A program made the position numbers and the translations under genes. A stretch of DNA of 64,000 nt from an uncultured Verrucomicrobiota bacterium (GTDB taxonomy: Bacteria > Verrucomicrobiota > Verrucomicrobiia > Palsa-1439), in the NCBI GenBank assembly GCA_903847335.1, contig CAINDI010000143.1, forward strand, positions 9,946 to 73,945, read 5' to 3'. The notes under the pieces are model-generated. The model was not told the origin of the DNA and did no database searches. It saw only the letters and a program-made list of their open reading frames with translations. The first letter of the stretch is position 1. Every line of letters begins with the position of its first letter. Below are positions 1-8,478 of the stretch, piece by piece.

Positions 1-1
1 T

Positions 2-232
2 CGCGATGTGCAGACTCGACTTCAGACGGCGCAACAGGCGTTGACGTCACAACCAGCCGCAGTTCAGACTCAAAATATTAAACCCACACCGGTGGTGTCG
101 TCGCCGGTCGCTTACACGATTATTCCCGAAACGCTGCGTAATCCGAAACACTGGGAATGGATTGGCGGTCTCGGTCTGGTGGGATTAGCGGCTTTGATCT
201 TTTTCCTGCGCCGCGCCAAGCGCCGCGATTAA
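2..232 (+). CDS. 3' end of a CDS running off the window start. It ends with a hydrophobic helix plus a basic tail (GLVGLAALIFFLRRAKRRD), which looks like a C-terminal membrane anchor.
   Basis: The frame is open from position 2 with no upstream stop. The ORF-track start at 8 is a GTG. The C-terminus is a TM segment followed by RRAKRR. Confidence 0.3.
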   Translation, partial: RDVQTRLQTAQQALTSQPAAVQTQNIKPTPVVSSPVAYTIIPETLRNPKHWEWIGGLGLVGLAALIFFLRRAKRRD

Positions 233-1552
233 ATCGGTTGCCAATAACGCAATTTGACCGGTTCGTTCGGCAGCGATGTCACCTGCACGACCATGCAGAA
301 ACACGCCGGCTTTCGTTGCTTCCAACGTCGGCAAACCTTGCGCCAGCAACGCGCCGATGATACCGGTGAGCGCGTCGCCCATTCCGCCTTTGGCCATGCC
401 AGGGTTACCGGTGGAATTAATCCAGAGCTTGCCGGACTTATCGGTCACGACAGTGCCGGCACCTTTGAGTGCGAGTGTCACGTTGTGTTCGCGTGCAAAT
501 TTTCGGGCGATTTCCCAGCGGTTGGCTTGTACTTCCGGTGCGGTTTTGCCGGTGAGTCGCGCCATCTCACCGGGGTGAGGTGTTAATATTAAGCCCGGGC
601 GCAAGGTGATGGCGTCGAGTGCGTCGGCATCAACGACGACCGGTAATTTTAGTTTTGCGACGAAATCGCGGACGAATTTTTGTGTTTCCGGAGCGCGGCC
701 TAAACCGGGGCCGATGGCGATGGCGTTGAAACTTTCTAACGACGGTAACCGGTCGAGCGAGATTGGCATGACCTCCGGTGGACAGTTGCCGGCGACGATT
801 TCGTAAATGTTGCGCGGAACGGCGAGTGTGACCAAGCCGACGCCAGCGCGAGCGGCGGCGTGAGCGCAGAGGACGGGCGCGCCGGTGTAGCCTTCGGCAC
901 CGGCGATGATGAGCAGATGGCCGAAGGTGCCTTTGTGCGCGGAGCGTTTGCGTTCCGGGAGAACGATGTCGGCGCGGGTGATGAGTTCGATGTCGCTGGT
1001 GACATCGGCGGTGAGAAGACCGATGTCGGCGATTTCGAGTTGGCCGACGAAATCGGCGGCGGACGGTTGGAGTAATTCGATTTTCGGGAGGCCGAAGGTG
1101 ACGGTGATGTCGGCGCGGACGCAGGTGTTGGTGCCGAGGCCGGATGGAACGTCAATGGCGAGGACAGGAACGCCGGCGGCATTGATGAAGCGGATGGCGG
1201 TGGCGGTCGGTTCGCGAACTTCGCCGGTGAGACCGGTGCCGAGCAAGCCGTCCACGATTAAATCGGTGGCCGGTAGTGTGCTGGCGAGTTTTTCAGCAAG
1301 CTGGTCAAACGGGATGAGCGTGGACTGAAAACCATCAGCGGCTAGATGCCGGGCGGCGACGATGGCGTCACCGCCGTTGTTGCCTTTGCCGGCGAAGAGG
1401 AGAACTTTTTTTGCATTTCGGTGCCGGAGGAATTGGGCGGCGTGATGAGCGACCGTGCGGCCGGCGCGTTCCATTAATTCGGTACCGGAAGTGCCGGCGG
1501 CAATGGTGCGCTGGTCGAGGGCGCGCATCTGGTCGGTGGTGACCGCTTTCAT
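185..1552 (-). CDS. nnr: Bifunctional NAD(P)H-hydrate repair enzyme Nnr: YjeF N-terminal epimerase domain plus C-terminal ADP-dependent dehydratase domain.
   Basis: 455 aa. The N-terminal half carries the YjeF_N motif (GKGNNGGDA). The C-terminal half is carbohydrate-kinase-like (GPGLG...GGMGDALTG). Confidence 0.8.
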   Translation of the reverse strand: MKAVTTDQMRALDQRTIAAGTSGTELMERAGRTVAHHAAQFLRHRNAKKVLLFAGKGNNGGDAIVAARHLAADGFQSTLIPFDQLAEKLASTLPATDLIVDGLLGTGLTGEVREPTATAIRFINAAGVPVLAIDVPSGLGTNTCVRADITVTFGLPKIELLQPSAADFVGQLEIADIGLLTADVTSDIELITRADIVLPERKRSAHKGTFGHLLIIAGAEGYTGAPVLCAHAAARAGVGLVTLAVPRNIYEIVAGNCPPEVMPISLDRLPSLESFNAIAIGPGLGRAPETQKFVRDFVAKLKLPVVVDADALDAITLRPGLILTPHPGEMARLTGKTAPEVQANRWEIARKFAREHNVTLALKGAGTVVTDKSGKLWINSTGNPGMAKGGMGDALTGIIGALLAQGLPTLEATKAGVFLHGRAGDIAAERTGQIALLATDLIAALGAAQEKDQSR

Positions 1553-1654
1553 ACCGGTAGTTTAGTGGGTGCGGGCGGGTTTTGCAATGCGGCGCAACTC
1601 TCGTCTTGACGGTGTTGGTGGGAGTGGGTACAAGAGAGCCGGTTACTGACTCTG

Positions 1655-2683
1655 ATGTTTGGCAAATTTCTAAATTATTTTTCTACCGATATCGGGATCG
1701 ATTTGGGGACCGCGAACACGCTCGTCTTTGTGCGGGATCGCGGGATTGTTTTGCGGGAGCCAAGCGTGGTGGCGATTCAAACCGGCACCAGTCATGTCTT
1801 GGCGGTTGGAGAAGAGGCGAAACGGATGTTGGGCCGCACGCCAGGAAACATCACCGCCATTCGCCCCATGAAAGACGGCGTCATCGCAGACTTCGAGATT
1901 ACGGAGGCGATGTTGCGCTATTTCATCACCAAGGTGCATAACCATCGGTATGGCATTAAACCGCGCGTGATTGTCGCGGTGCCGACCGGGATTACCGAGG
2001 TGGAAAAGCGCGCCGTGAAAGACAGCGCCACCCATGCGGGGGCGCGAGATGTTTATCTCATTGAGGAACCGATGGCGGCGGCTATCGGCGTTGGGCTACC
2101 GGTGCAAGAGCCGGCAGGCAACATGATCGTGGATATTGGTGGCGGCACGACCGAGGTGGCGATTATTAGCCTGGCCGGAATCGTGCTTTGCCGCAGTGTG
2201 CGTGTGGCAGGAGACGAATTGGATGAAGCCATCGTTCAGTGTCTGAAGCGCCAATTCAACTTGGAGATCGGGCCGAGGATGGCGGAAGATATCAAAATCA
2301 AGATTGGATCGGCGTATCCGTTGGAACAGGAACTGACGATGGATGTCAAAGGTCGCGACCTTGCGGCCGGACTGCCGAAGAGTGTGGTGGTTCATTCCGA
2401 GGATATTCGCACAGCCTTGCAGGAGCCGATTTCGACGGTGGTCGAAAGCATCCGTATGACTCTCGACCGGTGCCCGCCTGAATTGTCGTCTGATCTGTAT
2501 GACCGGGGCATTATGATGGCGGGTGGAGGCTCACTCATTCGCGGTCTGAGCAACTTGATTTCCGATGAAACCGGTTTACCAGTTCATGTTGCGGATGATC
2601 CGTTGAGCGCAGTGGCCAACGGCACCGGCATCATCCTGCAAGAACTTGGTTTCCTTGAGAAGCTCGCCAAAAACTCCTCGTAG
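1655..2683 (+). CDS. mreB: Rod shape-determining actin homolog MreB.
   Basis: 342 aa. Starts IGIDLGTANTLV and contains GGGTTEVAIISL. Full-length match to the MreB pattern. Confidence 0.95.
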   Translation: MFGKFLNYFSTDIGIDLGTANTLVFVRDRGIVLREPSVVAIQTGTSHVLAVGEEAKRMLGRTPGNITAIRPMKDGVIADFEITEAMLRYFITKVHNHRYGIKPRVIVAVPTGITEVEKRAVKDSATHAGARDVYLIEEPMAAAIGVGLPVQEPAGNMIVDIGGGTTEVAIISLAGIVLCRSVRVAGDELDEAIVQCLKRQFNLEIGPRMAEDIKIKIGSAYPLEQELTMDVKGRDLAAGLPKSVVVHSEDIRTALQEPISTVVESIRMTLDRCPPELSSDLYDRGIMMAGGGSLIRGLSNLISDETGLPVHVADDPLSAVANGTGIILQELGFLEKLAKNSS

Positions 2684-2735
2684 GCCTTTCCACACGCACA
2701 GTAACGCCGTCATACGACGGTAAAATTGGTTTTGA

Positions 2736-3503
2736 TTGAAGAGTAGAAATTGGATTTTGGTCGCATTACTCGTGGCGGGCTGGATTATTTTTATCGGCCA
2801 GCCCACGACTGTCGCGACGAAGCTGCGCATGATTTTCGTACAACTGAGCACGCCGTTTGTGAAGCTGGGTGATTACATTCCGGTGGTGCAATCGCGTCGT
2901 GAATTAGACCACCAGAACCGGGAGCTTCGCTCCAGTAATGATTTGCTCCGGCAACAACTCCGCGCTTTCGATGCCACCGTCGTCGAGAATTTGCAGTTGA
3001 ACCGGCTGCTCGCCTTCAAAACGCGTCAACCGTACCGGACGCTCGGCGCGCGCGTCATCGGTCGTGATTCTTCCAACTGGTACAAGAGCATCCAAATCGA
3101 CCGCGGCATGAACGACGGTCTCCGCAACGATCTCGCCGTTCTCAACGCTGACGGACTCATCGGAAAAATTACCGGTGTCACCACCGGTGAAGCGCGAGTT
3201 TTATTGCTGACCGACCCGGCGTGCAAAGCCAGCGCCTTGCTCCAAGATAGCCGTGAACCCGGCATCGTCACCGGTACCGACGGCGCGAAACTTCAAATGA
3301 CTTATGTCAGCCGGCACGCCAAAATTCGTGCCGGCGAGCCGGTGCTTTCTTCCGGTCTCGGTGGGATTTTTCCGAAAGGAATTTTTATCGGAACTGTTTC
3401 AAAAGTCCGGTTGGATTCGCAAACCGGTATGTTCCAAAATCTCGAAATTCAACCGGCGGTCGATTACCGGCGCTTGGAAGAAGTCGTGGTGATTGTCGAA
3501 TGA
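2736..3503 (+). CDS. mreC: Rod shape-determining protein MreC.
   Basis: 255 aa with an N-terminal TM segment, a coiled coil, and a beta-rich C-terminus. It sits between mreB and mreD. The start is a TTG, so the start assignment is uncertain. Confidence 0.75.
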   Translation: MKSRNWILVALLVAGWIIFIGQPTTVATKLRMIFVQLSTPFVKLGDYIPVVQSRRELDHQNRELRSSNDLLRQQLRAFDATVVENLQLNRLLAFKTRQPYRTLGARVIGRDSSNWYKSIQIDRGMNDGLRNDLAVLNADGLIGKITGVTTGEARVLLLTDPACKASALLQDSREPGIVTGTDGAKLQMTYVSRHAKIRAGEPVLSSGLGGIFPKGIFIGTVSKVRLDSQTGMFQNLEIQPAVDYRRLEEVVVIVE

Positions 3504-3934
3504 ATGCGCTGCTCGTCATCGTGTTAATGCTTGTGCTGGCCGGTGTGCAGGCGAAGTTGCCGGCGCTGGCCGGTCTTCGATTGGAATTCTTACCGGCGAT
3601 TGTCGCGTACAGCGCGCTGACTTTTAAACGCGGTCGCGCCGTTCTGTTGGCGTTTGCCGCCGGTTGTTTGCAAGACGCACTTTCGGCCGGGCCGTTTGGC
3701 GTGACGGGTTTTGCGTATGCGATTGCCGCGTTGGTGATTGCCGGTCTTGGAACTGTGTTGGACCGAAATCTGCCATTCATTCCATTGCTCGCCGGCAGCG
3801 TTGCTTCAATGGCCGGAGCCATCGGCGCGTTTTGTATCATTGGTGTGACCGGTGTAGCAGTGTTGAAACTCATCGGCGTCGCGCTCATTGCCGGTGTGAT
3901 TACCATTCCGGTGTTTCTGGTGGTGGACGCATGA
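3500..3934 (+). CDS. mreD: Rod shape-determining protein MreD.
   Basis: 144 aa polytopic membrane protein. Its ATG overlaps the mreC stop (ATGA at 3500-3503). Confidence 0.7.
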   Translation: MNALLVIVLMLVLAGVQAKLPALAGLRLEFLPAIVAYSALTFKRGRAVLLAFAAGCLQDALSAGPFGVTGFAYAIAALVIAGLGTVLDRNLPFIPLLAGSVASMAGAIGAFCIIGVTGVAVLKLIGVALIAGVITIPVFLVVDA

Positions 3935-5769
3935 TTATCAGTGCGGCATCCCGTGACAACAGTCCGCGACTGGCGATTGTACGCGTTGGAATTGCACTCG
4001 GCTTGCTCTTTTTGATGGTGAATCTTTTTCATGTTCAAATCATGGATCGCGACCGGTATGGCGACCGGGAACAAGCACAATCGCTCCGGCGAATTCGACT
4101 ACCGGCGGCGCGCGGTGAAATCGTGGACCGCAATGGTGTTGTGCTCGCCAACAATCGGCCGAGTTACGACATCGCAATTTCACTCGACCAACTTGGACGG
4201 GTTTCGAAGCGGCAAGATGTGGCACGCATCGCCGAGACGAATATTCTCGCTATGAGTCGCGCGATTGGTTTGCCGGTTACGGTAACGGATGAAAATATTC
4301 GCAATCATTATTATCGGCGGCGACCATTGCCGTTGCCGCTTTGGCGCGATCTGCCGGCGGCAACTGTGGCGGCGTTTGAAGAGCGCGCCGGTAATTGGCC
4401 GGGCACGGATTTGATTGTCACGCCGGTGCGGCAATATCCGTATGCTTCGCTCGCGGCGCATTTGCTCGGCTATTGTGGCAAAGCGGAACAGACGGAAGAC
4501 GAGGAAGTTGAAAATTTTTATTATTACCAATCCGATAGCACCGGTAAGCAAGGCGTCGAGCGGGCGTTCGACGATGATTTGCGCGGCGCGCCGGGCGGGC
4601 ACACGATTCGAGTGAATCCGAGTGGTATGAAAGTCGGCGAAGTCGGCGACAAGCCGGCGGAACGCGGCAACCGGATTGTGCTGACGATTGATGTGCGGAT
4701 TCAGCAGATTGTCGAAAATGCGTTGGCGCACACGGTGTTGCCGGCGGGGAAAAAATTATGCGGCGCGGTGGTGGTGATTGACCCGCGCAACGGCGAAATT
4801 TTGGCGCTGGCGAGCGCGCCGACTTTTGACCCGAATGTTTCGGTGGTGCCGCTTTTGAATGCGACAGGAAGTCCGTTATTGAATCACGCGACCGGTGCCC
4901 GGTACGCGCCGGGTTCGACGTTTAAGCCGGTGACATTGTTGGCGGGATTGGAGTCCGGTAAAGTTTCGGCGAGCGACACGGCGGTGTGCGGTGGCGGATT
5001 GCAAATCGGGAATCGCCGGTTTGGTTGTTGGAATACGCACGGTCACGGACGGATGGATGCGTTCACGGCGATGATGCAATCGTGCGATGTTTGGTTTTAT
5101 CAGGAAGGAATGCGCGCCGGTGTAGAGGCGATTACGCGGATGGCTGGCGAGTTGGGATTAGGGCAATCGGCCAGTGTGGATTTTGCGCACGATCTTGCCG
5201 GTGGCGTGCCGACGCCAGAGTGGAAGCGCGAACATTTCAACGAGAAGTGGTGGGAGAGCGACACGGCGCAGTTGGCGATTGGACAAAGTTATTTACTCGC
5301 GACGCCGTTGCAGATGGCGAACGTGGCGGCGACGCTTGGTAATGGCGGGACGCGGTGGCGCCCGTTTGCGGTGAAGCAGATTGAATCGCCGGATGGAAAG
5401 ACTTTGCAGATTACGCAGCCGGTGGTGTTGTCGCGGTTGAGTGTGCGGTCGCAAAATTTAGCGGTGGTCCGGCAAGCGATGCTGGGCGCGGTGCAATCGG
5501 CGCAAGGAACCGGTCATCATGCGGCGGTGCGCGGTTTGACGGTGGCCGGTAAGACGGGCACGGCAGAATTTAATAAAAAAGATGGAATCAATCGGGCGTG
5601 GTTCATCGGGTTTGCGCCGTTTGAGCAGCCGGTGGTGGCGGTGGCGGTGTTGATTGAAGATGGCGTGAGCGGTGGTCACGTGGCGGCGCCGGTGGCGGGG
5701 CAAATTTTTGCAGGGATTTTCAAATCGAGTTTGGAGACCACCGGTGGAGGGCCAATCTATGTCGATTAG
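3931..5769 (+). CDS. mrdA: Penicillin-binding protein 2, the elongasome transpeptidase.
   Basis: Internal ATG at 3931 (M90 of the ORF-track ORF) overlaps the mreD stop as ATGA. There is an N-terminal TM segment followed by a PBP dimerisation domain and a transpeptidase domain (STFKP, SCD, KTGTA). Confidence 0.9.
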   Translation: MIISAASRDNSPRLAIVRVGIALGLLFLMVNLFHVQIMDRDRYGDREQAQSLRRIRLPAARGEIVDRNGVVLANNRPSYDIAISLDQLGRVSKRQDVARIAETNILAMSRAIGLPVTVTDENIRNHYYRRRPLPLPLWRDLPAATVAAFEERAGNWPGTDLIVTPVRQYPYASLAAHLLGYCGKAEQTEDEEVENFYYYQSDSTGKQGVERAFDDDLRGAPGGHTIRVNPSGMKVGEVGDKPAERGNRIVLTIDVRIQQIVENALAHTVLPAGKKLCGAVVVIDPRNGEILALASAPTFDPNVSVVPLLNATGSPLLNHATGARYAPGSTFKPVTLLAGLESGKVSASDTAVCGGGLQIGNRRFGCWNTHGHGRMDAFTAMMQSCDVWFYQEGMRAGVEAITRMAGELGLGQSASVDFAHDLAGGVPTPEWKREHFNEKWWESDTAQLAIGQSYLLATPLQMANVAATLGNGGTRWRPFAVKQIESPDGKTLQITQPVVLSRLSVRSQNLAVVRQAMLGAVQSAQGTGHHAAVRGLTVAGKTGTAEFNKKDGINRAWFIGFAPFEQPVVAVAVLIEDGVSGGHVAAPVAGQIFAGIFKSSLETTGGGPIYVD

Positions 5770-6874
5770 CCGGCAGCTCCAACAATTGAAGCGGATGGAT
5801 TGGCTGCTGACGGTGGCGGTGGTGTTGCTTGCGATTGGAAGTGTGGCGTTTATTTACAGCGCGTCGTACCGGGGGCCGGGACAACCGATGCCGGATTATT
5901 ACCGGATGCAAATCGGGTGGTTCGTGGTCGGCGCGGTGTTGTATGTCGCGGCGGCGGTAGTGGATTACCGGTGGATTTGCCAGTGGGCGACGGTTTGGTA
6001 TGTGGTGGCGGTGTTGTTGCTGCTGCTGGTGTTGTTTACCGGGATGAAAGTGTACGGCGCACGCCGGTGGCTTGGCTGGCATGGATTTGGGATTCAACCT
6101 TCGGAAGTGGCGAAGCTGGCAGTCTTGGTCGCGTTGTCGTATTATTTGTTTCATCGCACGGTGGAGATGCGCCGGCAATGGGCGACGATTGGTGGTGCGC
6201 TGGCGATTCTCGCGGTGCCGTTGGTATTAATCTTTGCGCAACCGGATTTGGGATCGGCGGTAATCTTGGCGTTGGTGACGGTGGGGTTGTTGTTTGTGGC
6301 CGGTGTGCGCGTGAAACATTTGGTGGTGCTGGTGGTGGCCGGGGTGTTGGCAATGCCGGTGATGTGGTTGCGAATGCGGGAATATCAGAAGGCGCGGCTG
6401 ACGGTGTTTTTGGATCCGGACCGGGATCCGTTGGGTGCGGGTTGGAATTTGAATCAATCGTTAATCGCCGTCGGCTCCGGTGGATTTGGTGGGAAAGGAT
6501 ATTTGCAGGGAACGCAGAATTTATTGGGATATTTACCGCGCACGGTGGCGCCAAACGATTTTCTATTCAGCGTGATTGCTGAGGAGAAAGGGTTTGTCGG
6601 CAGCGTGTGCGTGGTGGGGTTGTTTGCGGTGATTCTGTTTCGTGGGCTGCGGATTGCGGCAGAGGCGCGCGACCGCTTGGGAATGCTGTTGGCGACGGGA
6701 ATCGTCGGCCTGCTGTTTTTCCATGTCTTCGTCAACATCGGCATGACGATCGGCTTGCTGCCGGTCAAGGGGCTGCCGTTACCATTATTAAGCTACGGGG
6801 GGTCGTTCGTGTTGGCCACCATGACGGCACTCGGGCTTTTACAAAACGTGTGGATACACAGGAGAAACTACTGA
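5759..6874 (+). CDS. rodA: Peptidoglycan glycosyltransferase RodA (SEDS family).
   Basis: Start at M30 of the ORF-track ORF, overlapping the mrdA end by 11 nt. A 10-TM SEDS protein with the C-terminal PLPLLSYGGSF motif. Confidence 0.9.
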   Translation: MSISRQLQQLKRMDWLLTVAVVLLAIGSVAFIYSASYRGPGQPMPDYYRMQIGWFVVGAVLYVAAAVVDYRWICQWATVWYVVAVLLLLLVLFTGMKVYGARRWLGWHGFGIQPSEVAKLAVLVALSYYLFHRTVEMRRQWATIGGALAILAVPLVLIFAQPDLGSAVILALVTVGLLFVAGVRVKHLVVLVVAGVLAMPVMWLRMREYQKARLTVFLDPDRDPLGAGWNLNQSLIAVGSGGFGGKGYLQGTQNLLGYLPRTVAPNDFLFSVIAEEKGFVGSVCVVGLFAVILFRGLRIAAEARDRLGMLLATGIVGLLFFHVFVNIGMTIGLLPVKGLPLPLLSYGGSFVLATMTALGLLQNVWIHRRNY

Positions 6875-6876
6875 TT

Positions 6877-8478
6877 ATGGAAGTCATTAAACAAATCGTT
6901 CGGAAGACTGAGGAACTGCTGGCGCGGCGCAGCAAAAAGTTCAATAAAGAAATCATCGTCAACGCCGAGGCACTCGAAAACCGAGTTGCTATCATGGAGA
7001 ATGGTCAGCTCGAAGAGTTCACCATCGAGCGCACGACGGAGAAACAAATTGTCGCGAGCATCTTCAAGGGCAAGATTAAAAATCTTGAACCCGGCTTGAA
7101 GGCGGCATTTGTGGACATCGGCTTTGAGAAAAACGCGTTCCTGCACTACTGGGATATTATTCCGGAGGCGCTCGACCAACGCGTGGATCTCGTCGAGGTG
7201 CCGGGCCAAGACCGTCAGAAGCAAAAGAAAATTTCGCAGAACGATATCCCGCGACTTTATCCTCCGGGGAGCGAAATTATCGTCCAAGTTGTCAAAGGTC
7301 CAATCGGCACCAAAGGCCCGCGCATCACAACCAACGTCAGCATTCCCGGCCGGTACCTCGTCTTGATGCCGTACAATGACGCCCGCGGTATCTCGCGCAA
7401 AATCGACAACGACAAAGAACGCCGCCGTCTCAAAGACATTGTCGCTCACCTCAAGTTACCGGCGGGCATGGGTATTATCGTTCGGACGGTTGGTGAGAAT
7501 CAGAAAAAGCGCTACTTCATCCGCGACTTGGAAATTTTGCTACAGACGTGGCGCGAGGTTGAAAAGAAAATCAAGGAAGGCCCGATGCCGTCGTGTGTCT
7601 TTCAGGAACCGAGTTTGATTGAACGCACCGTGCGCGATTTTCTCACCGAGGAAATTGATCGCATCTTGGTGGATAGTGAACCGGCATACGAAAAAATTCG
7701 TGACATGATTGGTCAAATCAGCCGGCTATCGCGTGGACGAGCCCAACTCTATACCGAGCCGACGCCGATTTTCACGCGGTTCAACGTCGAAAAACAAATC
7801 GAGAACGCTTTCCGCCGGCAAGTCTGGCTGAAGAGCGGCGGCTACATCTGCATTGATGAGACCGAAGCGCTCATCTCGATTGACGTAAACACCGGTCGGC
7901 ACAAGTCGCAAAAAGATTTGGAAACCACCATCGTTCAGACCAATCTCGAAGCCGCCGAGGAAATTTGCCGGCAGATGCGCCTGCGCAATCTCGGTGGTTT
8001 GCTCGTGATTGACTTCATTGACATGCGCGGTCGGAACGACCAGCAGAAAGTGCTCAACCGAGTTCGCGATGGCGTTAAACGCGACAAAGCCAAGACGCGC
8101 ATCCTGCCGATTTCGCAACTCGGCTTGATGGAGATGACCCGGCAACGTCACAGCGAAAGTATGGCGAGTGCTGTTTACGAAGATTGCCCGTATTGCAAAG
8201 GCAAAGGCATGGTCAAGAGCGCGCTCTCGATGTCCGTGGAAATTCAGCGCAAAATTAGTGAGGTTTTGCGTCGCCTGAAGGAAAATAAACAAGAGCAGCC
8301 GCACATTCGCATCTACGTTCACCCGGAAGTTCTGAATCGCCTCCGGACTGAAGACGAAGCGTTGTTGATTGAATTGGAAAAGAAACTCGCCGGTAAGCTC
8401 AGCTTCCGTGCCGATCCGACATTCCACTTCGAGCAATTCAAAGTGACGGACGCAATTTCCGGTGCGGATCTCGGCTAA
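6877..8478 (+). CDS. rng: Ribonuclease G/E family endoribonuclease (Rng-like): S1 domain plus catalytic domain.
   Basis: ATG at 6877 lies 3 nt after the rodA stop. The N-terminus has an S1 domain (GKIKNLEPGLKAAFVDIG). The DNase-I-like catalytic core includes GGLLVIDFIDM. Near the C-terminus is a CPYCKGKG zinc link. Confidence 0.85.
   Translation: MEVIKQIVRKTEELLARRSKKFNKEIIVNAEALENRVAIMENGQLEEFTIERTTEKQIVASIFKGKIKNLEPGLKAAFVDIGFEKNAFLHYWDIIPEALDQRVDLVEVPGQDRQKQKKISQNDIPRLYPPGSEIIVQVVKGPIGTKGPRITTNVSIPGRYLVLMPYNDARGISRKIDNDKERRRLKDIVAHLKLPAGMGIIVRTVGENQKKRYFIRDLEILLQTWREVEKKIKEGPMPSCVFQEPSLIERTVRDFLTEEIDRILVDSEPAYEKIRDMIGQISRLSRGRAQLYTEPTPIFTRFNVEKQIENAFRRQVWLKSGGYICIDETEALISIDVNTGRHKSQKDLETTIVQTNLEAAEEICRQMRLRNLGGLLVIDFIDMRGRNDQQKVLNRVRDGVKRDKAKTRILPISQLGLMEMTRQRHSESMASAVYEDCPYCKGKGMVKSALSMSVEIQRKISEVLRRLKENKQEQPHIRIYVHPEVLNRLRTEDEALLIELEKKLAGKLSFRADPTFHFEQFKVTDAISGADLG

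Noticed and set aside
736-1328. Antisense and alt-frame ORFs 736..1182 (-) and 906..1328 (+) inside nnr.
   Set aside because: Pro/Ser/Ala-rich low-complexity translations typical of off-frame high-GC coding DNA. There is no RBS and no conserved motifs.
3664-3930. N-terminal 89-aa extension of the ORF-track PBP2 ORF, Cys/Arg-rich and overlapping mreD in another frame.
   Set aside because: Its composition (CVCDCRVGDCRSW...) is an artefact of high-GC read-through. mreD occupies this DNA, and the ATG at 3931 gives a canonical PBP2 N-terminal TM start coupled to the mreD stop.
5800-6582. 260-aa Gly/Val-rich ORF (+), together with 6036..6554 and 6227..6457 (-), inside rodA.
   Set aside because: These are alternative-frame or antisense ORFs with low-complexity, GC-driven composition. 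rodA explains the locus.
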